Below the pieces are notes generated by a model that saw only the letters and a list, made by a program, of their open reading frames with translations, was not told the origin of the DNA and did not search any database. Shown here piece by piece: positions 41,600 to 55,700 of a stretch of 64,000 nucleotides of DNA. How positions within the stretch are numbered: the first letter of the stretch is position 1; every line of letters starts with the position of its first letter. The translations under genes were made by a program, and so were the position numbers. The DNA comes from Haliotis rufescens (taxonomy: Eukaryota). Location: positions 32,550,001 to 32,614,000 of the forward strand of contig NW_025964383.1 of assembly GCF_023055435.1 (NCBI RefSeq). Reading direction: 5' to 3'.

Positions 41600-41925
41600 A
41601 AGAGAGGTGAGGGGACACGGGGTTTAACGTCGCGTTCAAGATTATTGCACTGATATAGTGATGTGTGTATTTGTGGCTGCTTGTGCTAGTCCAGACTGAT
41701 GCCGATTTATAGTGCTAGCCCACTGAGATACGATGCTGCAGTTTAACATGAATACCCGACTCCGACACAGTATACTGACTCTAAGCCGACCAGTCCTTGT
41801 TTTAGCCCATTAATGCCGAGCACCAGACAGGGTAATAACAAGTATCATCTTGTTACGTCTTTTGGTCTGACGCGGCTTGGAACCCTGAACCTCTACGCTG
41901 GACGCTCCACCACAAGACCACAGCA
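41600..41925 (-). mobile_element. tRNA-headed SINE family C (Meta/MESC-like central domain)
   Basis: Minus strand: degenerate tRNA head, then gatacttgtt...ctggtgctcggcattaatggg...aaggactggtcggc...gtcagtata, resembling the MetaSINE central domain (family assignment from memory). Confidence 0.65.
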
Positions 41926-42706
41926 GTGGTCAAAGAAAAGAGAGAGCTGACACACAATTTCATCTACAATGAACTCCACATGTACGTGTTACGGATTTGG
42001 GCATGTTCCACTGAAACAGCAGAACATTACATTAAAAATAAACAGTTTAATACCGCACACAGCAATATTCTAGCAGCCTGTAAATGTCGAGTCTGGACCA
42101 AACGATCCAGTGATTGATATTGTGAGCAACAATCCAAGCTATCGCGTACATTGACACGCAATTAAGAGTCACCAGGTCCCACCACCCAATCCACCATGTC
42201 CGCTACAACTATTACATGTTGCTTTGGACCTATTCTAACAAGGAATCACAATGTAGGAGTACATACATAGGACATATTAATTAATTTCTCATAATTATTT
42301 TATTTTTTCTTCAATTTTTAAGATTTCTGAAAGGTGTTTTTTATAAACATGAAAAGATATATATTTAAACCTAATGAAATGAGACTATTCAAGCCTTTGA
42401 ATATAATGGAATATTTCATTTCAGTGAATTAAAGATTATTTCAGTGATATGCTGTACCAGCTTGCACGGGAAGTGAAATGACTAACACTTTGATGATACC
42501 ATGAACTGACAAACCTAGGGTTGGTATCAGGGCGAAAAGGGCATTCAAACAAAAGGTCAGCGGATCATTGAATAACTAAGGGACGCAACTCTGTTGTAGA
42601 TAATAACACAGTCTGAGAGGCCTCATCAAGTGTATAATGAATAAATGTTGCATGTGAATAAATTAGCAATATTTCAGCTGTATCATGCATGACAAACTGT
42701 AAATAA

Positions 42707-42833
42707 GGTGAGTGAGTGAGTATTGTTTTACGCCGCTTTTAGCAATATTCAAGCAATATCACGGCGGGAATCGAACCCGGGTCTTCGGTGTGATGAGCGA
42801 ATGCTTTAATCGTTAGTCTACCCGACCGACCCT
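42707..42833 (-). mobile_element. tRNA-headed SINE family D, internally deleted
   Basis: B-box ggttcgattccc; tail aatattgctaaaagcggcgtaaaac..(actc)n; related copy at 52975-53140. Confidence 0.75.
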
Positions 42834-45800
42834 CTGTAAATAAGGAATCTGGACTAAACAGTGATCCATGCAGTTGGGGCAGGATGATGCACAATCACAC
42901 TTTGTAACCATCCAATCCTCACTGGTCTGACAAGCTCAGGATACTTCCGATCTATTCTGCCCTGGAAACCCCATTCGGCCAACTTACGGGAACATGGAAG
43001 TGGGTAGTGCCAGTACGAAAAGCCTCTTTAGTCTTCTTTGAAATGACAAAACACTCAAGAATTATTGCATCGGTTTAATTTGAGAACAGATCTGCACAAT
43101 AGGCATTTAAAACCTAACATAAATACAAACTCAGTCATTATAATAAAATGGAAAATAAATAATGATGACTCTTGTCCTACGACATGACTACTACTGTCTG
43201 CAAGCAAAGACACTCTTCACCTCTCCGAGATGACAAGCACACGTTCACCCAGTGAGGTATTTACCTCGTGTTGAGTTACTATGGTGATGTGAAGATCCGA
43301 CAGATGACATCAAATACTAAGACACACACGATTTGGTCTGAATAAACTTAGCAATGATAATGATAGACAACTCACTAGCTACTGACAAGTCACCAATGTT
43401 CAAAAACATCACAAAATGTTGGGCAAGAGGAATTAATTAACCAAACACTGCATTTCATGTATTTAAACATTCAGGGTTAATGTTGTTTTTAAGTATGGGC
43501 GGCATTAGGTTCCAATTGAAGACGTCCTAGTCTGTTTCCTTTGAACAAGGTGAAAGATCTTACTACTTCCATGAAATGAGAAAGCCAAATAGTGACTACT
43601 AAACTGTTTGAAGCAGATAGCTCATTGTGTTAATTAGGGTAACTTTAATGTGATCCAATGTAAGCCTTCATGTAAGAAGATGACCTCTTGTATCAATGGT
43701 CAAGTAGGTCCTGAACAAAACGTCTACTGTGGTAAACTAAATGTTTTAGCATACTTTTACTGTAGCTGTCAGGAAATATTCACTTCTGATTTGCTTTCAT
43801 TCATAACAGTTGCGGTTGTATGTGATCACAAACCTATTTCTATTTCAACACTGGGAATTCAACATGAGGCACAAATTGAGTTATTTAGTATAAGATGTCA
43901 TCTGTCAATGGCTGAAAGGTAGGTAATGAAGGCATGTGGTTAGTCATGAGGTTGTCGTCACATTTCAGTAGGTGTGCTGTAGCAAGTGACATGGCATGGC
44001 TGAACACCGTTACATTCTTTAAAGGGGGCCTGGTGTTTCACTCAAGGTCTATATGTTGTCATGTGCCATGCAGGATGCTAAGATGACGTCTGTGAACTAA
44101 GGTTAAACCTTAACTGACACATGGATTTATCATTCAAAACTGTCCTTCACAGGAGATATGGCTGCAATGATATTGCAGCACAATACTTTGCAGTCTATCT
44201 GATCCTATCGGGTACCAATGATATCACAATAAGATGACGTAACTAATCTCTGAAATTGAAGCAGGTAAGCTCTACTTTTAACACTCAACACACTAGTGTT
44301 TACTGTTTACAAAATGCCAAAAAAATCAAGGAATGAGTTTGGAGAATGGACAGAATCTTACCCTGGTGCCTTTTTAAATAAAATTTATCAACACTTGACA
44401 ATAAAAGTTTAAACTCCTGGGCAAACCTCGGAGCTGGAAACCTAAATCTACTCATGTTGATATATTTAGTATGAAAAGACATTTGAGTGAGATTCTCTAA
44501 TTACAATATAAAATTTCAAAAGCGGGTTTTGTATCCATTGAATGAAACTTGCTGGGACTGCCAATCTGTCCGAGCATAGTCCCCCTTTAACTTTCAAGAG
44601 TAAGTTACTGAAAGTTGTCACGAGATGTATTCATGTAAGTACATGGTCTCGCTCTTGACCTTTTACCTTGATACATGTTGTACACACCATAATGAATCAA
44701 AATTGAATGAATCTACAAATCATTCCTTGACATGTTTTGTGAAGATACTTGAACCGCCCCTGAACATTGTAACTTGCTACAGCACTGTAACTCTCTCAAG
44801 AGGAGGACATGAAAATAAGGGCAAACTCCAAAGTTAAAACAACAGAGAACACATCCTGATTTTACAATGTGAACCACATCTATTTGTTGAAGAATGTACG
44901 TACAAATTGACAGTTGTAAACCCTAACAGTATTTTCAGCATATCAACCCCATAAACCTGATCTTTTCTGTGTGGTTATATTTCCATTTTCCTCCTCTTTG
45001 AGACAGGAACTTTTTGTGTTACCATGGCAACAGGATAAAGTCAATCACAGCATGAAATTAAGGCAACAACAAGGTAATTACTAAATTTCCATCCAAACAT
45101 CAGATACAATCCTTTTTTTTCTGAAACAACCGTAATAAGGATTGTAGACCTTAGTAAAATGTACTCGAACTCAGAGGAACACAATGACTTTTCACAGCTT
45201 TACCTTCTGACAAAAGTCAGTCTACTTCAAGGGTAGCAGGAGAACAGAAGTTCATCTGAGGAGTCCTTAGATTAAGACTTGGATTTTTTGGCCACTTGTT
45301 TTTACGTATTGCAAGCATTATTGAGTAATCCGAACAACAAAAACTGATCACACACACACGTGAAAATATACTAGTATGTCGCTGTTCCCTATCCTGCTAC
45401 ACCCATCAGTACGACTGTATTTCATGTGTCAAGTAATCAGGATATAATGATTCCTGTCGCGATGCAAGTGTTGCGTACATCGATCTACATACCGGGTGTA
45501 TTTACATCAACGTGACTTTCTCCACCTTGTTCATGGTCACCCATGTTCACATGATCCTCCGTTCAACCTGAACTGTTCAGGAAACTGTTCACTTAACATG
45601 GCAACAGTTAATCTGTACATGAACGTGAATGTACATAAGAAAAGATGTAAAAAATCAGAGGTATTCTAAACAGTTGCTTGTTTCAGTTGTATGACCCTTA
45701 TTCTATGCCACAAACATCTTATTTAACAAAGACTAAGAGTAAACACCCAAAATGTAGTGCTACTTCTGTTAGGATCTGTGAACAAAGGCAGCCATGAGGC

Positions 45801-46365
45801 TTGGAGAATTCTCATCATGACAATGCAATGTGCAGATGTAATTATGCCTCATTATTGTACATGAATATGAGCTGGACACTCCTGTCACGTAGCAGCAGAT
45901 TGTACGTCCGTAGGAAGCAAGACGCCCCAGCCCAGGATCTCAACCAAGACCTTGTACTTTCTGTGCCCATTTTACTTGGTAGGGAATACAAGACAAGACC
46001 ATCAAAACAACATGATCAGTTTGACTGAGGCTAATTTGGCCTGGACAGGAAGGTTCAACCATATCTTATAATTAGGCTTCTTTCTTGTCAATCCGATCAA
46101 AGAATGTACACAAGTCATCAATCGTGTATTTATATTATTAACTGTTTCATATCCTTGAAATAATGCCTGGTAATCAATGCAAACTGATACTTCAGATTTG
46201 GGGAGTTTAATTACTATAGCCATATCAAGCCTCATTTGAGTCATGACCATGTTGTGTTCAGCATACAGCAATATGGGCCACTCCATATCTAGTCACACCA
46301 GACAGGTGGGCCACGCTATGTTCAGAGGATGCCTCAACCAGATACAAAGCAAGATTGAACACCTT

Positions 46366-46690
46366 CACACCAGACAGGTGGAAATGACCAAGATGTATAC
46401 AGCATCTGGCTGAAGACCTACAGCAAGATGGGACACCTCCACACCAAACAGGTGTAACTGACCAAGATGTAAAAGACATCTGGCTGAAGACCTACAGCAA
46501 GATGGGACACCTCCACACCAGACAGGTGGAACTGACCAAGATGTAAAAGACATCTGGCTGAAGACCTACAGCAAGATGGGACACCTCACTACCAAACAGG
46601 TGCAACTGACCAAGATGTATACAGCATCTGACTGAAGACCTACAGCAAGATGGGACACCTCCACACCAAACAGGTGCAACTGACCAAGAT
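46366..46690. repeat. 74-bp minisatellite (~4.5 copies)
   Basis: tgaagacctacagcaagatgggacacc recurs at 46411, 46485, 46559 and 46633. Confidence 0.9.
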
Positions 46691-49539
46691 CAACACCTGG
46701 CTTGTATCCTGCTGAAGACATACATGAGGCATTTCCATATCTCTGCACATCAGACGGGTGGTCAAGGAGTTGAGTCTTTCAGTGTCCATATCAGCATCAG
46801 GTAATGTTCAAATTGACTGTATTTGTCCATCTGATATATCAGTTCCCAAATGTGGACTTCTTTAAAAGACCACAATACCAAAACGACGTCTTCAATCCTG
46901 TTTTGTCTAATGGCAGATTACTATTTCATAACCGATCTTCACTGGCAATGTTTCAATCTTCTCTTGTTGCAATCTGCAACAACTGATCTTGATCTTACTG
47001 TTTTAACAAAATGGTCATTACTTGCTCAAGGTTTTAAGGAATGAGACCACTGGTGCTGAGAACAAACCATTTGAAACAGGATTTAGTTGTCACCTTCTTA
47101 CTGTTTCATGCCGTACAAGAGAAGATTGGGATGGATATGCAGCATAAATCTCCTGTTTTCCAATGCCAAAGTCAAGGTTAGTTCAAGTACCACAAATAAA
47201 GTCGACTGCTTGTCTCGTAAGCATGGAAGTATAATACATTATGTACATGTCAATGGTAACCAGTGGTGACGGCCAAGAGAGCAGCTGTGTTCACAGAGCG
47301 AGAAGGGCATGGTGCTTTCAGCTCCAACATTTCAGCATGGCTAGCAGAGCTACCAGTAGAAATTATTTTGCAAAAGACTTTTTTCAGCTTACATTTTCAT
47401 CTTCTAACCATTGTAGTAAAATTTAAATATTCCAAACAAAGTCTCTTTAAACATAGCTGAATGAACAAAACCGAATCAATAAACCATTTATTCGGTCTCA
47501 TCACAAACATAAGATAATGTCAAATTTCGGTACATATCTTGGAAATATCTTGTATTTTTCAGATACCATGGTAATATGGAGCAATACACATGATCATTTT
47601 TGTTTTCAATACTAACATTGAAATGTTGGCTTTTTCCTGTTTGTGTTTTCAGAGACCATTGGAATGAGATGTCTTGTCAAATGAACAAATCAGTGTAAAT
47701 TCTTAAGGGCACATCCGCTTTGTGAGACGCTCTGTAACACAGCTGGTCATGCCTTGTTCATCCATTGCAACACTGTTGCACTGTACACAGTGTTGTGTCC
47801 AACACTCACCCCAGTGAAATCTGTAGATTCTTCCACTGCAAGAGCATGGAAGGTTCCATACAAGACTTTTGGGGGAGTTACAAAGTGTCGAATATACCAG
47901 AGAGAATTCTAATACTTTCATAAGCACCTGGCTTATGAAAAATGTTAGTCTCCTGAAAAGGGACTCACAGATTTGATTGCCTTTTAACATTACTCTTTGA
48001 AATCAGTCAAAGCTGGTGCTTATGAAATCATTACAAATCTTCTGTCATCAAAGTCATACGCTGTCAAGTTCATGATAGTGTTTGCAATCTGCTAACAGAT
48101 ATACAATGTCCAAAATATGCTTTATCATAAATATACAATGAACTACTATAACGGCTACATTAAACACACATGTTAAGTTCATAGACTGAAATGGCAAAAA
48201 CATGGGACATTGCAGTTTTCAAATGCAACATCTATTAATGAGTAAGGTGACTGGATTTCTTCGGCCTATTCTTCAAAATTGGTTATTACAAACAAAATAA
48301 TACCAATCCCAGAAAAATATATAATCACACAGAAACTGGATGTGATGTTCAGAAGATACAGATGGACCAAACTTCATTTGATAATCTGTATATTGAAGTT
48401 CAACAACCCTGTATTCTACCTCCTACCAAATCACGTATTGGTTACCCTAGGATTCGGTTTTATTTTATACTTGCAAGAAGCTCAGAATGTAGGAAATCAT
48501 TTTACACAATCTCTGATAATTACAAGACAAAACATTTTTAATTTTATTCCATGGTTCAATGTCTCAGAAATATGCAAAACATCTTCTACTTGTAATTTGC
48601 TCGAAGAACAAATATGTTTACCAATTTAATCCCATTTGATTACTTCCAAACAATTACCAATGATATGTGATATAACAAAATGCACAGATATACAAAGAAG
48701 GTATTTAATATATAATCTTAAACCAAAAACCAACGATCAAAGGGAGACAATCTATTGACATCCAGTTATCACCCCATTATAGGTTCTCCTTTTTCAACAC
48801 AAAAAAACCCTGACCAATGGCTATGACAATTTAAAGACTAAATGTCAAGATTTATCAAAAGCATTATTAAAATTGTAGAAGTGAACACTTTGTCAAACAT
48901 TTATTCAGCCCTTAGACCCTTGATTTCCCTTTGATAAAGGATGTGAACTCTCAGTATTTCATACCAATATAATAACACTCAGTTCTGATAGTACGGAAAT
49001 TAGCAGGAAAACAACAAGCCTCGCTTCTTCTTTTTTTGGTGCAGCTGAACTGCATTTTTTTCTATTCTAAAAGCCATGAATTATATTGATATGTCACAAT
49101 ACACAACACAATTGGATATAAATATGACGCAAATACTAGTTCACAAACGCAGATGTTTACACACAACAAAATGTGTGTATAAACGGTAACATGAACCCTT
49201 TCTTTCGAAAGCAGTTTTTGTGATTCACAAGAAAGGAGAAGACATGTTTATCTTTTTTCTTCAATCCCTTTTGTCCGTATCATTTGGAGTAAGTATCTCT
49301 CAGACACCACTGTCTGGACAGATTTCTCCTCACTATCAGGCACAGCAATCACAAACTTATATTAACCACAACACACGTTTAGTCTCACCTGTGATATTGT
49401 AACTGCTCCCAACAAGAAGGGACAGAATCAAAACAACACTTTCTGTCCTTGCACAACCAATGTCATTCATCTACGGAAAGGAATCATTTGCTGTGTCTGC
49501 AATAACGTGAAGAAATCTACCCATGTGAGCAGTGCCAGT

Positions 49540-50285
49540 AAAGTGACTCCTTCCTCCTCCATGACTGCATGAGATGTAGGGATGCAAGGTCAAGGATGGA
49601 GAAAGTGACTCCTCCCTCCTCCATGACTGCATGAGATGTAGGGATGCAAGGTCACGGATGGAGAAAGTGACTCCTTCCTCCTCCATGACTGCACGAGATG
49701 TAGGGATGCAAGGTCACGGATGGAGAAAGTGACTCCTTCCTCCTCCATGACTGCATGAGATGTAGGGATGCAAGGTCACGGATGGAGAAAGTGACTCCTT
49801 CCTCCTCCATGACTGCATGAGATGTAGGGATGCAAGGTCACGGATGGAGAGAGTGACTCCTTCCTCCTCCATGACTGCATGAGATGTAGGGATGCAAGGT
49901 CACGGATGGAGAAAGTGACTCCTCCCTCCTCCATGACTGCATGAGATGTAGGGATGCAAGGTCACGGATGGAGAAAGTGACTCCTCCCTCCTCCATGACT
50001 GCATGAGATGTAGGGATGCAAGGTCACGGATGGAGAAAGTGACTCCTTCCTCCTCCATGACTGCATGAGATGTAGGGATGCAAGGTCACGGATGGAGAAA
50101 GTGACTCCTTCCTCCTCCATGACTGCATGAGATGTAGGGATGCAAGGTCACGGATGGAGAAAGTGACTCCTCCCTCCTCCATGACTGCATGAGATGTAGG
50201 GATGCAAGGTCACGGATGGAGAAAGTGACTCCTTCCTCCTCCATGACTGCATGAGATGTAGGGATGCAGGGTCTGGGTGGAGAAA
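49540..50285. repeat. 62-bp minisatellite (~12 near-identical copies)
   Basis: Unit aaagtgactccttcctcctccatgactgcatgagatgtagggatgcaaggtcacggatggag. Confidence 0.97.
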
Positions 50286-52262
50286 GGATAAGCCTTGACA
50301 GGAACTTGGCAAATGTCATGACTTCAGGCATCTCCAAACAACTGCAGATCATTGACAACATGTTCGAAATTAGAAGCATGGTCACAGTTGGAGATGGTGA
50401 TAACACAATATTTGCTCAAGTTCACCTGAATGTTCATCTGAGAGGTTGTTCCTCTTTCGAAAGAAGTCGCAAGTCGTTCCATAGACTTGAACAATGTCCA
50501 GCTTCTGGAAGCTTTCACTGTCACATCAGTGAAACATTTCTCCTTAGTTTGTCCTTGACGTCCACTATGAGGACTGTCCAATGGTCACATGACTTCTGTC
50601 TGGCTTGACCATTACTTGATGTCCAGTCCTAAACATCAGCTTGGCCTTCAAGCTTTTCTTGTTGGCTGGTGTCCAATGATTATTGGATATTGTCTGTCCA
50701 ACGGACATGTTGGTTGTTCATCCATAAGGATGTAATTCTCTGTTGTTGGATTCCCATCAAGATGTAAGATAAGCTGCATCAAAGTCCCTGTCATTTTGGG
50801 GGAAAGTTTACAGCAGTTCGTATGTAGCAGAATACATTTACTGCACTTTACAATATCTGCTATTAAATTAAACTGTTAAAGCCAATAACATTAAATAGCC
50901 AACAATTATTACATGTATAAGATTTCTTTTTTCTGATAAGTTTTCAGAATCTATTTTGTTTTAGAAAAATAAAAATAGAAAATAAAAAAATATATATATC
51001 CCATCCACATCTTCTCTGTTACATTGTCCTAGTCATGAGAGAAGACTGAACACTATTCTACAGGGATAATTATTGGTAGAATGTAGACTTAGTATCTTAC
51101 ATCTTGTGGAAACAATGAGATAAACAGGTGTCATCTCATATATAGTCGGTACAATTCAGATTTCTTTTCTTGTGACAGGAATCCATCACTGACAAAACAA
51201 ATCTCGTATTATGCATTTACAATAATATGTTCTCTACACAAGAAATTATTCAACAGAAGGGTGACTTTCATTCAATGTGAGAGTAACAATAAACAGCATA
51301 CTGTAGTATGTATTGATTCAACAATCCCAAAAAGCTTGTTTCGAATAAAATAGTTTGGATGACACTTTCAAATGTATAATATGGCCATAGCTTCACAATT
51401 ACTCCATATTCCAGCGTACGATATGGCGTAATGCTGGCAGTTAGTCTATGTTCAAATGGAAACTGATACAGATATCTTTTTATGATGCATATTAAAGTAG
51501 TCGCAAAGGTGGTGCAAAACAATTCATAATAAACAGCAGCTTATAACATCTGTGACATCCTAGCAATTCAAAGCTAAAGGAACTGCATCTGGAACAATGG
51601 TTTCTATTACCATCAAAACAAAATTATGCTGTTAGCATTTAAAATTTTACACTTTAGAGAAGAAAGTAGACTAGTGGTGGCTCTTTGAGGGCAAACTTCT
51701 GTAGCAGCGGTCTTCATTGGCACCTTCTTCATGTAAGCTGCACCATAACGCTGAAGACACTCCAAATAAGTCAAGTCGCAAGTTGGATTCAGCTTCAGTG
51801 TGTCCATTATCGATTTTAATGTCACAAGAGTGCTCTCCCTTTACAAGAGTGCTCTCCCTTTACAAGAGTGCTTTCCAATTGCCTCCATTCTCTCCAGGCA
51901 CAGGTTTTAAGTTCTTCAGTCAATCAAAATAATTTATTGTTTCAACACACACAACTTGTCTCAGTTAACATAAGCTTTATGCACTAATACTACACTTCTA
52001 GAGAATTTCTATTCACAAAATTTGGCAACCTCAGCAGCAAATTTTCATCAGTGGTTTGTGTCGCCATTTTGGAGTACACAAATCTTTCAGGTATAAAACT
52101 CTCGCCAGCACTCATCAATAACTGAGATAACAAACCAGGTTGGGGTTAGCACTAACTGCACTGTGTGTGGGAGCACAATTGGGCTAGCTCATGCAGTAGA
52201 TCACTCACTCAGTCATGGTAATATAAGTACTTTGCACAAGGATTGTCCAGAGGGAGACCACT

Positions 52263-52762
52263 CTACTCTCCATTCACCATTTGTTCTTTGGTTTTGGCAG
52301 GATTGTTCACTTTAGATTTTGCACTTTTAGAGTCTGAGTCACTTCCACTGGGTTGATTTGCCACCTTCGCTTGTGCTGGTGGTTTCCGGGGCTCGCGTTG
52401 CTCTCTCGGAGCCTCTTTCTGAGGCCGAGGAACCTCCCGAGGAACCTGGGAGGAGCTGGCATCACCAGCGCCATTCATCTTATCAGCATTATTTACAGAG
52501 TTTTTGTAACCTTGGTTACCCGCCGAAGCAGAAAGCTGAGAACTGGACTGTCCGCCTTCAGTTCTGCCAGCAGCCTGTTGGGTGGGAGGGGCATTACCAC
52601 CCCCTCCTCGTACCCCACCCCTCGGGGGCATACCACCATACCGGCCACTGCCTCTAAAGTTGGAAACACTGGTGTCGGTCTCAGTGCCTGAAGTAAATCC
52701 TCCACTGCCGCGAACTCTGTTTCGCCTTCGCCGTCTCCGCCTGTCCCGCCGCCTGTCGTAAT
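52263..52762 (-). CDS. FMR1: FMR1 terminal coding exon
   Basis: [31 protein letters not shown]...RGGVRGGGG...KEQMVNGE* (TAG at 52263-52265). Confidence 0.92.
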
Positions 52763-55700
52763 CTGGTTGAAAGAAATCACATTGGGTTTATAATTTGTTT
52801 GTTTGCTCAATGCCACACTCAGCAATATTCAAGCTATATGGTGGCGGTTTACAATCTGTGATTTGAAAATCTATTTTTGGTATTCACCTGCAACACTGGA
52901 GAGCCTAGCTTGTGGTTATCTGATGATACCAGCCTGACAAGATTGAAGACGTTTATGATTTTGGTTTGTTTTTTCTTTGTTTGTTGATTCACACCACACT
53001 CAACAATATTCCAGTTATATGACGGCAGTATGTGAATGTGCAGGAGACACCAGAAATGGGCTTCACACACTGACTGTGGGGAATCGAACCCCGGGCCTTT
53101 GGCTTGACGAACAACAAACAAGAGCTAACCCACAGCCTCTGGCACAAGACAAGATACAGACCACAGCTTCTTAGGGTGCCTGGGCCTAATATGCCCTCAA
53201 GAAAATTACCAAACGATAATAAAGACAATATCTAAACATCCATCTCTATGTAAAAAAATAATTACCTTGATCTTGGCTGTTGACACTGGCGTTATCTAGG
53301 ACGGTATCATCATCATCAGTCATCCGACGACGTGAACGGCTATCGCGGGAGTCATCATCATCATTGACTACAAACAAAGGTTAATGAGTACATTACAAAA
53401 TACAATAGTTCTTTGGCCATATTTTGTGAAAAAGTTAATAGAAAATTAGATAAAGGATGCATGTATAGATCAAAGGATTAACTTTTTACGAAATACAATG
53501 AATGATTATAGTCTTGATTCTATAAAATTATTCAAGTCATGCAGCTATACAAATATATATTAGTCAAGCAAACGCACAACTGCACCCAATAAAACATACC
53601 AATTGTTGTTCTCTGTTCAAAAAGGTTTAGTATCAAACAAACCAAATGCAGAAATAACAAGTCAGGCAGGAAACAAGCTGGTGTTCTTTTCATATTTATA
53701 ACAAAAGGGGCTATATTTTATTAATTTCAGAAACATAAAATTAGTTCCAATGAAGAGTTCATGGCTAAGACTAAACGAAACTACACCAGAAGCAATTCCT
53801 GAGCATTTGAACTACACCTAACACAAAATCAAATCCTCTTAACAGCAATTTTAACTAAATTCTTTATTTATATTTCCTCAAAAGATCAAGAAGAGGGCTT
53901 TAATTACTCAATTTTAAATAATTTATTTATATTGATAGCAACAGTAAATGAGTTGGCTTTTAAAAGGCATTATATTTATTTCTGGTCAGCGAAATAAAAA
54001 AAACCACTGAATTTTTTTTTTCTTTTGACATTTCAATTTCTGTTGGAGTCCAACGGATTTGCGACCATAGTCATACCTTGATATTTACTGACAAAACTTC
54101 TAGAAAATATTCCTCCTGACAGTCCCCCAACCTGAATCTCAGTTTCTCGAAACCTTTCCAAGGAAATTGGGTCCCTTCAATAACCCAGAGAGAAAACATT
54201 CTCCCAATGTACTCTCATCTCTTCAACAAAGCCACACGCATCACTCCTCATGCTGCCAGAGTTAGTTCCACAGTGGAGGTATTAACAAGCTCATGGAAGG
54301 GAAAAGCAAACAACATACATGTCCGTGTGACTTTAAGTCTCAGGTGATCTGCCGTATTATTGTGTCCTCGATAGCCATCGTAGTGTTCGTAATCTGCCAA
54401 ACAGAGAACAACCCTACAGCATGCCGCTACCTACCAGAACCATGCAATACAAGATGTGCCCACAATGTCCAGCTTCCGCTCAAACACAGTAATGCTGGAG
54501 AAGTCTTGCTCCAATGTAAATGTGCAATGGCAGATCAAAGCTCATGTAGCTCACCTGATTTTATTACCAGACTGTAAAGCTCACCTAGATCATATTATAA
54601 AATGCTGTTTCAAAACTATTCAGTTAAAATGTCTGAGTATTACATCAATTTAGTCAGGTATTAGATCAACTTTTTTAACATCATTCAAACATAATTGCAA
54701 CAAAAGGTAAAGCCTTTTCAAGACAAAGATCCTTCTTTTCCAGGCGAAAAATAACACCCATGTGTGCTTTCGAAGAGATAAGGATTCTTACTTTATATCA
54801 CTATCAGAATGGCTCTATTTATACATCCAAATACACAAAAATATTCAAATCCACACACAAGTTATAACACTATTCATCAAAAGTGTGAGCTGTTGAAGGA
54901 ACACTTAAGTCCCGTATTTTGGGTTCTCTTCTCACCAAACTTTTCTGGGATGATAAAATAAGAATACAGTGAAGCCAAATCATTTTCGGGAATGATGATC
55001 AGACCGTTGTCTTATTTCTCCTTCTATGAGCATTTTTATTAATTGACTATTGTTCCTCCCATTACAGTTGTTTTTATTTTCATTTTCATTTTTTTAATTA
55101 AAATCCTAATACTTAAACACAATGCACACAAAAGATTTAAAATGGAAACAAAAAACAAGACTATTATTTTTTTTTAGCCTAAGTTAAATTTAAGTATGGC
55201 CATTGGACACATCCCATTTCCATGCATGCATGCTATACTGCAGATAGAGTGAGTGAGTGAGTCAATAGGTCTTAATGTTACAGTAGCTATATATCACAGT
55301 TAGTCCACCAAGGTTTCTTTGCTTGTTGTCTAATGCAGCACTGAGCAATATTCCAGCCATATTCCAACCTGTAAATGATGGAGTCTGGACCAGGCAATGA
55401 AGTGAATGATATTGTGGAACAACATTTCAAGCCATCAATTTTATAATAAAGTCATCGTGTCTGCCCACCCAATCCATGGGCCAGGCTATTACGATCAGCA
55501 AAGGTTGCTGGGAGTAAGTCTAGACCATAATTCCACATGGGGCTTCTGTGTTGAAAGATCAAGTGTGATAATTTTCCAATAACTAAACATGCACAATTCT
55601 CTGATTTGACAGTTGTAGCTATATGTATATGTATGTATACACACAGCTGCGTTTTTATTAACAATTTGACATAAAACCTGCACAACATGCCGAGTAGCTA

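Noticed and set aside
49471-50608. ORFs MEEEGVTFSIRDL... and neighbours
   Set aside because: Derived from the 62-bp minisatellite or lacking recognisable motifs; likely UTR
52915-52960. CTGATGA hammerhead core
   Set aside because: No proper stem II/GAAA arrangement follows
54980-55023. Possible alternative terminal FMR1 exon ([14 protein letters not shown])
   Set aside because: Phase fits, but the acceptor has no pyrimidine tract and there is no homology support
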